NCBI GenBank assembly: GCA_963729605.1
Contig: CAVSNY010000007.1
Coordinates: forward strand, 768,001-832,000
Length of the DNA: 64,000 nt
Source of the DNA: an uncultured Gammaproteobacteria bacterium
Lineage (GTDB): Bacteria; Pseudomonadota; Gammaproteobacteria; DRLM01
Direction of reading: 5' to 3'
The translations under genes were made by a program, and so were the position numbers. Positions 41,873 to 51,625 of this stretch are shown in pieces. The notes under the pieces are model-generated. The model was not told where the DNA came from. It ran no database searches and worked only from the letters and a program-made list of their open reading frames with translations. Position 1 is the stretch's first letter; each line of letters opens with the position of its first letter.

Positions 41873-43311
41873 AAGCGTGCGTCCGAGACCGGTCGGTTGG
41901 CCAGCGGCGGATACCGGCCAGGCAATTCCGTTTCGGCTATGAGCAAATGCGGAAACATATCCGGATTGGCCAGATCTATGGCCGCGGCGGTGTGCGCCAG
42001 GCGATGTACCCACATCGCCCAGCCCGGCCGCTGGTGTTCGAACACGCTCACCGCGGTTTTCAGCAGCCACCAGGCGTAGCAGCCAGGCAGATTGCCGAGC
42101 CAGCCGCGCGGTACCTGACTGCGGTAACTTTCATAAACGTGCGCGGCAAACTGCCGCGCGTGGTGGTCCGGCGCCTGATAAAGGGCCTGCGCATAACACA
42201 GCCGCGCAAGCAGGCGCGAGAGATCCAGCATCGGGTCGGCGTTGGCGGCGGACTCGAGGTCGATGAATGTCACTTCACCGGCAGCGAAGAAGATATGGTC
42301 GGGCTTGAGATCGAGGTGGGCGGGCACGAAGACACCTTCGGTCCACGCCTGGCGGATGCCGTTGAGTGTGGCGGCCACCGTATCATGCAGATAAGGCAGG
42401 GCCGCGCTCAGACTGCGCGCCACTTTTTCCATGGCGGTGGTCAGGTCGATAAACGCTAGGCGGCGATTAAGTGTCGCACCGCTGAGGTGCCAGTCCGCAA
42501 GTACCGTGGCGAGCCGCACGGCCTCGCCATGATCGGCGCATTGTTGCATGAGAAGACTGAGCAGAGGTGTACCCGTCGCGGCGCGCTGGATCTCGATGCC
42601 GCCGACCGCATCATGAAACACGGTGTCCACCACCTTCTTGAACGGTGGAGCCGGCGCTGGCGCATAGCCAGGCGGCGCGACCAAGCCGGCGCTGGCGGGT
42701 GCGTAGACCTTCACATAAAACCGGCGTTCGGCCTGCTCGCCGCTTTGCTGCTCGCCGCGCACGCGTGCTCGCATGACGGCGGAGAGTCCAGCGCGCCAGC
42801 GCACCGGTTCCCAGCTAATGTCGAGCATGCGCCATTCCTCCGCGCCAAACACGGCCGCGCAGCGTGATCCGAATATGCCGGGCAGGTCCGCGGTAATTTT
42901 GCACAAGGCCGGCAGCGCGTGATCGGTCGGGAAACGGGTGACCAATATGGCGAGTTCGTCGAGGAATGCGTAGCGCGGCATGGGTATTTGTTCGTCATGC
43001 GCTGCGCCGAGCATATCCAGGCGACGCTGCCGCGACCGCAATTTTTTCTGGTCGGCGTATAAATACGCCATCAGCCATACCACCTGTTCCGCCCCATCGG
43101 CATGGCGGCGCAAGTTGATTTCGTAATGCAGGATGCAGCGAGTCGCGCGGCGGTAGCGCAGTCGTTCGAGCCGGCAGGCTGTGAGCCGCCACTCTTCCGG
43201 CGCGCTCAGCAGCCCTTCGAAGTAACGCGCCATGCGCTGGGCATCGACGGCAACCGCGAGACTCGGAAACAGCGGGTCGTCGAGATAGAAAAGCGCGGTG
43301 GTGTTTTTCAT
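41869..43311 (-). CDS. APH-like phosphotransferase with N-terminal extension
   Basis: HLDLKPDH, FIDLE, ADPMLDL; D(D/H)xLFPSL/LPAL segments similar to the other kinase. Confidence 0.7.
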   Translation of the reverse strand: MKNTTALFYLDDPLFPSLAVAVDAQRMARYFEGLLSAPEEWRLTACRLERLRYRRATRCILHYEINLRRHADGAEQVVWLMAYLYADQKKLRSRQRRLDMLGAAHDEQIPMPRYAFLDELAILVTRFPTDHALPALCKITADLPGIFGSRCAAVFGAEEWRMLDISWEPVRWRAGLSAVMRARVRGEQQSGEQAERRFYVKVYAPASAGLVAPPGYAPAPAPPFKKVVDTVFHDAVGGIEIQRAATGTPLLSLLMQQCADHGEAVRLATVLADWHLSGATLNRRLAFIDLTTAMEKVARSLSAALPYLHDTVAATLNGIRQAWTEGVFVPAHLDLKPDHIFFAAGEVTFIDLESAANADPMLDLSRLLARLCYAQALYQAPDHHARQFAAHVYESYRSQVPRGWLGNLPGCYAWWLLKTAVSVFEHQRPGWAMWVHRLAHTAAAIDLANPDMFPHLLIAETELPGRYPPLANRPVSDARL

Positions 43312-45158
43312 TAGGCCACCGCCCCACGCGCCAAGGTTTGCTCATCGGCCGGCGACGGTTCGCTCTGCCATAACTTGCGGTAAGCTCCATGGCCGCGCAA
43401 CAGCTCGTCATGGCCGCCCACCGCGACGACACGGCCTCGCTCCAGCCATATCACGCGGTCGGCGGCGGCGGCGCTGCCTGCGTCATGGGTAATGTGCAAG
43501 GTGCTGCGGCCCTTGCGCAGTCGTTCGAGCGCTTTGCGCACCAGGCTGCGGCTCTGCGCGTCGAGGCCCGCCAGCGGTTCGTCGAGGATTAAGATGGGCG
43601 CATCGCGTACGACCGCCCGCGCGATGGCGATACGCTGGCGCTGGCCGCCGGACAAGGTTTTGCCGCGCTCGCCGGCTGGTGTGTCGAAGCCCTGCTCCAA
43701 TTGCTCGATGAACCCGCGCGCGTCGGCGAACTCCGCCGCGCGCAGGATCGCCGCGTCGTCGGCATCGAGGCGGCCATAAGCGATGTTGTCGCGCAGACTG
43801 CCCTCGAACAACACGGCCTCCTGTGGCACGACGGCGATCTGGTCGCGCAGAGAATTTAGCGTGTAATCGCGGAGGTCGCGGCCGTCGACCAGCACGCGGC
43901 CGACCGTAGGGTCATAGAAACGCAGCAGCAGATGGGCCAAGGTCGATTTGCCGGCGCCGCTCGCACCGACCACCGCGACGTGTTCACCGGGCGCGATGAC
44001 AAGGCTGACGCCGTCCAATATTATGCCGCCGCGCGCATACGCGAAACCTACTTCTTCGAAACGGATTTCGCCGCTCAGCCGCGGCGCGGTGACAGCGTGG
44101 GGGAGATCACGGATCTCGGGTTCGGTCTCGAGCACCTGGATCACACGCTCGGTACAGACGCCGACGCTCGCGAGTTTGGTGGTAATGTCCGCCATCTTCT
44201 GTATCGGTTTGTGCATTGAGCGCAGATAAGCGACGAAGATCAGCAGATCGCCGGCGGTGATTGCGCCGCTCTGCACCCGCGTCACGCCGAACCACAACAC
44301 AGCGCAGGTACCGATACCGAGGATAACCTCGACGATACGCGTGAGCCGCGCCTCGAGCCGCGCGGCCTTGAGGCCGGCTTCGAGATTCTGCTGCTCGTGA
44401 TCGACATAGCGCGCCTCTTCATGAGATTCGCGCGTAAAGGCTTGCACAAGCTTGATGGCCCCGATGCGTTCGTTGAGCCGGCTCGCCAGCCGGCTCTCCT
44501 GATCGCGCTGGCGGCGATTGACGCTGCGGATCCGCCGCGCGAACAGTTTGCCGCAGACCGCGAGCAGCGGCAGCACGGCCATCGCCACCAGGGCGAGTTG
44601 CCAGTCCAGCCATAACATGATAGCCAGCATGCCGAACAGGAATAGACCGCGTTCGCCGAGGGTCACTATGGTTGAGACTAACAATTCACGCAGAGTGCGA
44701 ATGTCGGCGGTGAGGCGCAGCAATAAATCACCTGACTGATTCTGGTCGTGGAAGGAATGTGAAAGGCGCTGGATGTGGGTATAAAGCTGGCGACGTATAG
44801 CTGCCACCACCCGTTGGCCCACGCTCTTGAAAATATAGGTGTGGCCGAAGCCGAGTACGCTCGCCAAGGCAACGATCACCAATATCGAAAGCGCGATCAC
44901 TGCGAGCAGCAAATCATTGCGGCCCGCCAGTTGCGGAAACCATTGCAGCAGCCAGACATCAGGTACCGGCATCAGCAGAGTGTCGAAAACCAGCTTGAGC
45001 GGCCAGGGCTTGAGCAGTTGCAGCATCGCCACCGCGGCGAGACAAAAACCACCTACGGCGAGCAGCCGCCAATAGGGGCGGAAGTAGCGGCCGAAGTGGT
45101 GTCTGGCTTTGCGTAACAGGATCAGCCGGGTGGGTGGTTCTGCCGGCACGATGTTCAT
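43311..45158 (-). CDS. ABC exporter, fused TMD-NBD (MsbA-like)
   Basis: GASGAGKS, LSGGQRQR, LILDE; N-terminal TM domain. Confidence 0.93.
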   Translation of the reverse strand: MNIVPAEPPTRLILLRKARHHFGRYFRPYWRLLAVGGFCLAAVAMLQLLKPWPLKLVFDTLLMPVPDVWLLQWFPQLAGRNDLLLAVIALSILVIVALASVLGFGHTYIFKSVGQRVVAAIRRQLYTHIQRLSHSFHDQNQSGDLLLRLTADIRTLRELLVSTIVTLGERGLFLFGMLAIMLWLDWQLALVAMAVLPLLAVCGKLFARRIRSVNRRQRDQESRLASRLNERIGAIKLVQAFTRESHEEARYVDHEQQNLEAGLKAARLEARLTRIVEVILGIGTCAVLWFGVTRVQSGAITAGDLLIFVAYLRSMHKPIQKMADITTKLASVGVCTERVIQVLETEPEIRDLPHAVTAPRLSGEIRFEEVGFAYARGGIILDGVSLVIAPGEHVAVVGASGAGKSTLAHLLLRFYDPTVGRVLVDGRDLRDYTLNSLRDQIAVVPQEAVLFEGSLRDNIAYGRLDADDAAILRAAEFADARGFIEQLEQGFDTPAGERGKTLSGGQRQRIAIARAVVRDAPILILDEPLAGLDAQSRSLVRKALERLRKGRSTLHITHDAGSAAAADRVIWLERGRVVAVGGHDELLRGHGAYRKLWQSEPSPADEQTLARGAVA

Positions 45159-46468
45159 GACGCTACCCGCAGTGACGGCATTGCCGTGCGACGCGGTATT
45201 TGCAGATGTGCCGCGGCAAATTCGCCGATGCGCTGCAAGCCGTGCATGTCAATTAAGCGCCGCGCATGGCTGGTTGCGCCGGCTGGGAGCGCAGCCATCC
45301 AGGCGCCCAGATTGTGAGCGGTGAGCTGGTCGGGATGCAGCATGTCGATGACGCCGAGTGCATGTAGTCGTTCTGCGCGAATGAGCTGCTCGCGCCGCGG
45401 TACGACGCGCGGCACCACCAGCGCGGGTTTTTCAAAAGACAAGACTTCACCCACCGTGTTATAGCCGCCCATGGTGATGACGAAAGCGGCGTCGCGCAGC
45501 AGCCCGGCCGGCTCGCTGATGAACTCGATCACTTGCAACGCCGGTCGTGTTGCGGCGATAGCGTGCAACCGTTCGCGGCTGGCCGTCTCCATGTAGGGAC
45601 CAGTGATGAGAATTGCGCTGGTAGCGTCGGGATAAGACGCTTGCGCGAAGGCGAGCGCGAGCGCTGCGCCGTCCTGGCCGCCACCCACCAGGCACAGCCC
45701 GTAGCGGCCTTGCGGTTTGATTTTCTCATGGCTTTCGCCGCCGTCGCGCGCCGGGTTTAGCAGGCGCGCACGCTGGTCGAGATAACCGGTGAAGCGGAAT
45801 TTGGCCGCGATGTCGTCGGGCAGGCAGTATTCGCTGCGCGGATCGTAGACGCGGGAATCGCCGTAAACCCAAACCTCGTGATAATAATTGCGCAACGCCT
45901 CGTAGCAATGCGCCCGTTCCCACTCGCGCCGCACGGCGGCGGGCTCATCGCGGATGTCGCGCATGCCGAGCACGCAGCGGGTACCGCCGTTATCGCGCAA
46001 ATAGCGCAGAGCCTGATCGAGTTCACCATTGATGCCGCGCACTACATTGTCGATGATCAGCAGATCCGGGCGGAAAGATTTGACGGTGGTGAGCACCATC
46101 TGCGAACGCAGCGCGACGATTTCACCAAGCGGCAACGAAAGGTGACGCGCGCCGTAAGCACCATCGGCATTTTTACTCAGTGCCGGCAGCACCACCACGT
46201 CGCAACCGCGCGGCAGTTGGAAACGACCCGCTTCACGCGCGCCGGTGATTAGCAGCACGTCGGCCGCGAGGTCGCCCGAGGACAATGCCTGCGCCAGCAA
46301 AATATTGCGGCGGATATGTCCCAGTCCCATGGTGTCGTGTGAATAAAGCAGGATGCGGGGTTTGCTGCGCTGATCGCGTGGTCGCTGCCATTCATGTAGT
46401 CCGCATTGCGCCACGGCGGAAACAGGTTTGGTCAACAGGCTGAGCCAATCATCGCTATTCTTATACAT
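45155..46468 (-). CDS. GT-B glycosyltransferase (GT28 C-terminal-like)
   Basis: LLYSHDTMGLGH, VGGGQDG, MGGYNT, VPR...EQ.IRA; RBS AAGGAAAG before ATG 46468. Confidence 0.85.
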   Translation of the reverse strand: MYKNSDDWLSLLTKPVSAVAQCGLHEWQRPRDQRSKPRILLYSHDTMGLGHIRRNILLAQALSSGDLAADVLLITGAREAGRFQLPRGCDVVVLPALSKNADGAYGARHLSLPLGEIVALRSQMVLTTVKSFRPDLLIIDNVVRGINGELDQALRYLRDNGGTRCVLGMRDIRDEPAAVRREWERAHCYEALRNYYHEVWVYGDSRVYDPRSEYCLPDDIAAKFRFTGYLDQRARLLNPARDGGESHEKIKPQGRYGLCLVGGGQDGAALALAFAQASYPDATSAILITGPYMETASRERLHAIAATRPALQVIEFISEPAGLLRDAAFVITMGGYNTVGEVLSFEKPALVVPRVVPRREQLIRAERLHALGVIDMLHPDQLTAHNLGAWMAALPAGATSHARRLIDMHGLQRIGEFAAAHLQIPRRTAMPSLRVAS

Positions 46469-46513
46469 CCCGAGCTTTCCTTGTTGGATGAATTTGATGG
46501 GACGAAGTGACAG

Positions 46514-46529
46514 AGCAGAGACCATGCCA
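46514..46529 (-). promoter_or_regulatory. Sigma54 (-24/-12) promoter of the glycosyltransferase operon
   Basis: Minus strand TGGCATGGTCTCTGCT = GG-N10-GC, about 45 bp upstream of ATG; a sigma54 activator gene is adjacent. Confidence 0.68.
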
Positions 46530-46683
46530 GGGTCGGCGATGCACCCGGCTTTTTGAAATTCTTGAATTTTTCTGGGTGGAGGCAATAACGCGCGCGCAAT
46601 CGCCCATGAAGACGGGTGATATGCCCCACCCAATTGGGGTGACTACACCCAGTTCAGCAATTACCCGCGAGATACAAAACCAG

Positions 46684-47061
46684 TTACGGCAGGCGTTGGT
46701 TCGATAGCGCGTAGCTGATCGTCTGCGCCAGCGTGGGTAACGGAAAAGGTTTGATCAGGCAGGCGGCGGCACCGGCGCGCTGCAGCTCGTATTCGCAACG
46801 TAACGAGCTGTCGGCGGTGATGGCGATAACGGTGATGCCGCGCACCGCGAAGTTTCGCACTAAGCTGAGACCGCTGGCGTCAGGTAATTGCATATCGACC
46901 AGCAACAGGCGGGGAGTGTGGCGAGCGAGCACGCGCTGCGCTTCGGCCGCGGTCGCGACGGTGATGATGCCGAGTCCGCGCCGCGTCAAGTAACGCTGCA
47001 CCACTTTGCGTAAGATACAGTTGTCGTCAATCATGAGGATGTCGGTATTGTGCATGTGCAT
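46684..47061 (-). CDS. Single-domain response regulator
   Basis: ILMIDDN, LLVDMQLPD, CLIKP; start uncertain. Confidence 0.82.
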   Translation of the reverse strand: MHMHNTDILMIDDNCILRKVVQRYLTRRGLGIITVATAAEAQRVLARHTPRLLLVDMQLPDASGLSLVRNFAVRGITVIAITADSSLRCEYELQRAGAAACLIKPFPLPTLAQTISYALSNQRLP

Positions 47062-47188
47062 AACCCGTCGGATTTCTGCCTCAGGAAGCAGGCCACCGCT
47101 CACACAAGTGTCAATCATTCATGCCCAGCTAGATTTTTTAACGAATGGATTGCTGTTGCGTAACCCGCGGGTGAAATGGCCGCATCGG

Positions 47189-48604
47189 TCAATTGACCGC
47201 ATTGATACCGTATTTTTCCATGCGGTAGCGCAGCGTGTCGCGTGTGAGGCCTAGCAGTTCGGCGGCGCGTGTGACGTTGCCGTGGGTGCGTTGCAATGCC
47301 TCTATCAGCAGGCGCTTTTCCATTTCGCCGAGGTTGAGAGTCCCGGCGGCCGGTGCGGATTGGTCAGTTGCGGTAGTGGACGAGGGCGCGATGAATTGGG
47401 TCGGCAGCCCGCTGTCGATCGGTAGTTGCGCGATGTCGATTTCCGCGCCCGAAGTCATGAGCACCAGCTGTTCCATCATGTTGCGCAGTTCACGCACGTT
47501 GCCGGGCCAGCTATAAGCACGTAATGCGCGTTGCGCGGCTGCGCTGAGCCGCATTGGCGGTTTGCGGTAACGGCCGGCATGTTCCTGAAGCATGTGCTCG
47601 GCCAAAGTGATAATGTCGTCGCCGCGCTCACGCAGAGGCGGCAACCGGATTTGCACGACTCGTAGCCGAAAATAAAGATCCGCACGGAATTTGCCTTGCG
47701 CCACCAGTTGTTCGAGCTGGCAATTGGTAGCGGCGATGATGCGGGCGTCGACCTGTTTGTCACGCAGACCGCCGAGCCGTCGCACGCTGCGGCTTTCGAG
47801 CAGCTTGAGCAGTTTGGTTTGCAGGACGGGTTCCATGTCGCCGATTTCGTCGAGGAACAGCGTGCCGCCGTCGGCGGCCTCGACCAGCCCCATCTTGCGT
47901 TCGCGTGCGTCAGTGAAAGCACCGCGTTCGTAACCGAACAGCTCGGCTTCCAACAGGTGGGCCGGAATGGCGGAGCAGTTGACCTCGATGAATGCGCCGC
48001 CGCGGCGTGGCCCGTCGAAATGGAAGGCGCGCGCGACCAGTTCCTTACCGGTGCCGGTCTCGCCGGTGATCAGTATCGAGGCCGGCACGCCGTCGGTGAG
48101 ATCACGTTCGGCCTCGAGCAACCGGGTGATCTGCCGCTTGAGCGCGAGCATGGGCGGCGATTCGCCGCGCAGTTTGGCCAGGCCGCTGCTTTCGGCCTGT
48201 TTATGCCGGTAATAATCGAGCGCGCCCTCCAACCTTTCGTGGCGGGCGACTTTCTCGAGCATGAGCCTGAGCTCCTTGAGCTCCACCGGTTTGGTGAGAT
48301 AGTCGTAGGCGCCGGCTTTCATCGCCTGCACCGCGATCTGGATGTTGCCTTCGCCCGTGATGATGACGATGCGCACGCCGTTGTCGATGCGGCGGATGCG
48401 GCCGATGAGTTCGACGCCGTCGCTGTCGGGCAGGCGGTAGTCGAGCAGGATGACGTCGGGCTTGAAGTCTTCGAGTTCGGCGAGCGCGGCCTTGCCGGAA
48501 TTCGCGGTGTGGACGTCGAAGCCGGCGTTTTGCAGAAAAAGCCGCATGTTCTTGGCAAGGGTCGGCTCGTCTTCGATGATGAGGATAGCCGGTAACGAAC
48601 TCAT
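47189..48604 (-). CDS. Sigma54-dependent response regulator (NtrC/AtoC family)
   Basis: Receiver domain, GETGTGKE, GAFTDA, WPGNVREL, Fis-type HTH. Confidence 0.95.
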   Translation of the reverse strand: MSSLPAILIIEDEPTLAKNMRLFLQNAGFDVHTANSGKAALAELEDFKPDVILLDYRLPDSDGVELIGRIRRIDNGVRIVIITGEGNIQIAVQAMKAGAYDYLTKPVELKELRLMLEKVARHERLEGALDYYRHKQAESSGLAKLRGESPPMLALKRQITRLLEAERDLTDGVPASILITGETGTGKELVARAFHFDGPRRGGAFIEVNCSAIPAHLLEAELFGYERGAFTDARERKMGLVEAADGGTLFLDEIGDMEPVLQTKLLKLLESRSVRRLGGLRDKQVDARIIAATNCQLEQLVAQGKFRADLYFRLRVVQIRLPPLRERGDDIITLAEHMLQEHAGRYRKPPMRLSAAAQRALRAYSWPGNVRELRNMMEQLVLMTSGAEIDIAQLPIDSGLPTQFIAPSSTTATDQSAPAAGTLNLGEMEKRLLIEALQRTHGNVTRAAELLGLTRDTLRYRMEKYGINAVN

Positions 48605-49995
48605 GGACGTGCCTCCGTTGGGAAACGCAGGTGCACGGTGGTGCCCTTGCCGATGTCGCTGATAATGGTAATGTGAGCGCCGTGACGGTCGGCGATGCGT
48701 TTGACCAGCGCCATGCCGATGCCGAGGCCACCGCGTTTGGTCGTGGAACGCATCTCGAAGATCTGGTCGAGCCGTTCGCGGGGGATGCCGTATCCGCTGT
48801 CGCTGATCGAAATCTGCACGGCGCGGCCAGCGTCGGTGCGCGCGCCGCGCACCGTAAGCCGGCCGCCCTCCGGCATGGCTTCGAAGGCGTTGGCGAACAG
48901 GCTGTTGAACATCTGCGTAAGCAGCCGTACATCGCCGTTGATCTCGGCCAGAGCTTCGAACTCGGTGTCGAGTTGCACGCCCTGGCGCTGCATGCAGCGG
49001 CTGAAGCCGCTTAAACATTCTTCGAGCACGGCTTTGAGCTGCGCCGGCTGGAAATCGCCCGCGCCCGGTTGCGAGAAGATCAACAGTTCACGCACCCATT
49101 GCGCCAGGCGATCGGTCTCGGCGATGACGTCTTCGGCGATCTCACGGGCGCCGGCATCGGCGGAGGTTTCCAGCGAGAGCTCGGCGCTGGAACGAATCGC
49201 GGCGAGGGGGTTGCGGATGCTGTGGGCGACCGCCGAGGCCATCTCACCGACCGCCGCCATAGTTTCGGTCTCGACGAGTTTTTCATGCTGATGATGGATG
49301 AGTCGGTTGGCGCGGAATACGATCCAGAACAGTGAAATGTATAACAGCAGACCCGCCAGCACCGCACCCGTCCAGACCAGCTTGCGGCCCTCTTCGATAG
49401 TGTCGAACAAGTCCGTCGGCGATCTATAGATCTCAACCACGCCGATTACGCGGCGGTGGTCGCGATCCCAGATCGGGAGATAATTTTCGACCGCATGGTT
49501 GTTGGCGTCGAATTGTATGTGCTCGGCCTTAATTCCCTCGTTGAGCTTCTGGACTTCGAAAACCAGCTGGCCGCGCAGGGCCCGGTCCAATTCATGGTTA
49601 TCGCTGAATCGCTTGCCGACGAGCTCGCGGCTGGTCGACCAAGCCACGCGCCATTCCGGCGTGTAGAAATTGACACGCAGCACGTCAGGCATGGCGGCGA
49701 TGTAACTGAGGTCGAAGGGATTGACGGGGTTCAGATCGACAGGCGGGACGACGGACAGATTGAGATCACCTTTGGTATTGAAGATGCTCTGCAGAAAATG
49801 CTGTAAATCCGCGGCATCGCGTGCGAGTAGATTCTTGGCGAGAAAGTCGCTGATGAAGGTGGCGGAAATCGCTCCGCTGGTGAAAATCACTACGAAGCTC
49901 AGCAGGGCGAATGATCTCAGCAGATTAAAATGCCTGCCCGCGAGACCGCTGCCAGCGCTCCCATCGTGGCTATGGGAGAGTACGTCTGCCGTCAC
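48601..49995 (-). CDS. Membrane sensor histidine kinase
   Basis: Two TMs, AHSIRNPL H-box, NAFEAM N-box, DSGYGI and GLGIG G-boxes. Confidence 0.93.
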   Translation of the reverse strand: MTADVLSHSHDGSAGSGLAGRHFNLLRSFALLSFVVIFTSGAISATFISDFLAKNLLARDAADLQHFLQSIFNTKGDLNLSVVPPVDLNPVNPFDLSYIAAMPDVLRVNFYTPEWRVAWSTSRELVGKRFSDNHELDRALRGQLVFEVQKLNEGIKAEHIQFDANNHAVENYLPIWDRDHRRVIGVVEIYRSPTDLFDTIEEGRKLVWTGAVLAGLLLYISLFWIVFRANRLIHHQHEKLVETETMAAVGEMASAVAHSIRNPLAAIRSSAELSLETSADAGAREIAEDVIAETDRLAQWVRELLIFSQPGAGDFQPAQLKAVLEECLSGFSRCMQRQGVQLDTEFEALAEINGDVRLLTQMFNSLFANAFEAMPEGGRLTVRGARTDAGRAVQISISDSGYGIPRERLDQIFEMRSTTKRGGLGIGMALVKRIADRHGAHITIISDIGKGTTVHLRFPTEARP

Positions 49996-50161
49996 GGATT
50001 ATTCTCCTTAATTCTGTGCTAGACCAAGCTGCCGCCCACAAGAGCCACCGCCCGGGGTCCTTGCAGGCATCACGTGTATTTCATTGTATGGCATAGTAGA
50101 GACGATTCCAGTTGATTCTTGCATACTTCCCAGAGCACGGTTGATATATTAGGAATCCGGA

Positions 50162-51067
50162 ATGCTTAGATGCGGAATCGATCTCGGCGGCACCAAAATA
50201 GAAGGCATCGCCTTGGACGAACGAGGTGCGGTGTCAGCGCGCAAACGCATCGCCACGCCGAGCGGCGATTATCGGGCGACGCTCGCTGCCATCGCCGACT
50301 TGGTGGCGGAGTTGGAGCGAGGCGCGGGCGAGCGGGCCACACTGGGCATCGGCACACCGGGGGCCTTGTCGCGGGCCAACGGTCTTTTGAAAAATTCCAA
50401 CTCGGTGTGTTTGAACGGCCGGCCCTTGGATAAAGATTTGTCCGCGTTATTGAACAGGCCGTTGCGGATCGCCAATGACGCCGATTGTTTCGCGCTGTCG
50501 GAGGTGGTGGACGGCGCCGCCGCCGGCGCGGCGGTGGTGTTCGGCGTGATCCTCGGTACCGGGGTCGGCGGCGGCGTGGTGGTGCACGGCCGGTTGTTGC
50601 AGGGTCCCAACGGCATCGCCGGGGAATGGGGCCACAATCCCTTGCCCTGGCCGCGCGACGATGAGCGTCCCGGTCCGGCCTGTTATTGCGGTAAATACGG
50701 TTGTATCGAAACCTGGTTGTCCGGGCCGGGTCTGGCGCGCGATTTCGCCGCGGTGAGCGGGCGGTCGCTCACCGCCGAGCAGATCGCGCAACTCGCCGCG
50801 GAGGGCGATGCGGCTTGCGCCGCCGCGCTGGCGCGTTATGAAGACCGCTTGGCGCGGGCCTTGGCGAGCGTGATCAATATTCTCGATCCGGAGGTGATAG
50901 TCCTGGGCGGCGGGCTTTCAAAGCTGAAGGGTCTTTATCAAAACGTGCCCGCATTATGGGGGCGCTATGTATTTTCCGACCGGGTCGATACCCGTCTGGT
51001 GCCGGCGCAACATGGCGACGCCAGCGGCGTGCGCGGCGCGGCGTGGCTGTGGGAGAACGGGTCGTGA
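50162..51067 (+). CDS. ROK-family sugar kinase (fructokinase Mak/YajF-like)
   Basis: GIDLGGTK, GEWGHNPLP, CYCGKYGCIE, HGDASGVRGAA. Confidence 0.92.
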   Translation: MLRCGIDLGGTKIEGIALDERGAVSARKRIATPSGDYRATLAAIADLVAELERGAGERATLGIGTPGALSRANGLLKNSNSVCLNGRPLDKDLSALLNRPLRIANDADCFALSEVVDGAAAGAAVVFGVILGTGVGGGVVVHGRLLQGPNGIAGEWGHNPLPWPRDDERPGPACYCGKYGCIETWLSGPGLARDFAAVSGRSLTAEQIAQLAAEGDAACAAALARYEDRLARALASVINILDPEVIVLGGGLSKLKGLYQNVPALWGRYVFSDRVDTRLVPAQHGDASGVRGAAWLWENGS

Positions 51068-51462
51068 AATTTCGTGGGGCGCGGCGGCCGCTGCGCTGGT
51101 TCGATCTGTGGCGTGGTTTAGGGTGGTCGATGATCGCCGCGGTGCTGTATCTCTCTTTGATGCCCAATCCGCCCAGCCTCGATGTCAGCGCCGGCGACAA
51201 ATGGAGTCACGCGGCGGGTTATGCCGGATTGATGCTGTGGTTCGCGCAACTTTACGCGCGGCCGCTGCACTGGCGTTTGGCGGCGGGGCTGATCGGCCTG
51301 GGCGTGTCGATCGAATTCGCTCAAGGCATGACCGATTACCGCAGCTTCGAATACCTCGATATGCTGGCCGACGCGAGTGGCGTGTTCATAGGCTGGTGGC
51401 TGGGCGGCACGAGATTCGGCGCAATATTGCAACGCGCCGAGCGTCTGGTCCTCGCGCGATAA
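51064..51462 (+). CDS. VanZ-family membrane protein
   Basis: DKWSHAAGY, IEFAQ...R.FEYLDMLAD; GTG overlaps the upstream stop codon. Confidence 0.82.
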   Translation: MKFRGARRPLRWFDLWRGLGWSMIAAVLYLSLMPNPPSLDVSAGDKWSHAAGYAGLMLWFAQLYARPLHWRLAAGLIGLGVSIEFAQGMTDYRSFEYLDMLADASGVFIGWWLGGTRFGAILQRAERLVLAR

Positions 51463-51469
51463 CATTTAA

Positions 51470-51620
51470 GGAAGCTCTGAAAAATCCATCACTGGATTTT
51501 CAGAGACGAAAGCCAAAAAATGTGATTTTTGTTTTTCTTCATTTTCTCGAACGCGTACGGGTTCGAGTAAGGGCGGCGCATCCCTGTGCCGCAAGGAATC
51601 TCTGATAAATCACAGCTTCC
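51470..51620. mobile_element. 151-bp MITE-like element between convergent genes
   Basis: TTAA on both sides; TIRs GGAAGCTCTGAAAAATC / rc GGAAGCTGTGATTTATC. Confidence 0.7.
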
Positions 51621-51625
51621 TTAAG

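Noticed and set aside
48605-49018. N-terminal extension of the sigma54 regulator (likewise ORF-track extensions at 24845-25234, 35573-35911, 41873-42070)
   Set aside because: They overlap upstream genes; internal ATGs give typical coupled starts
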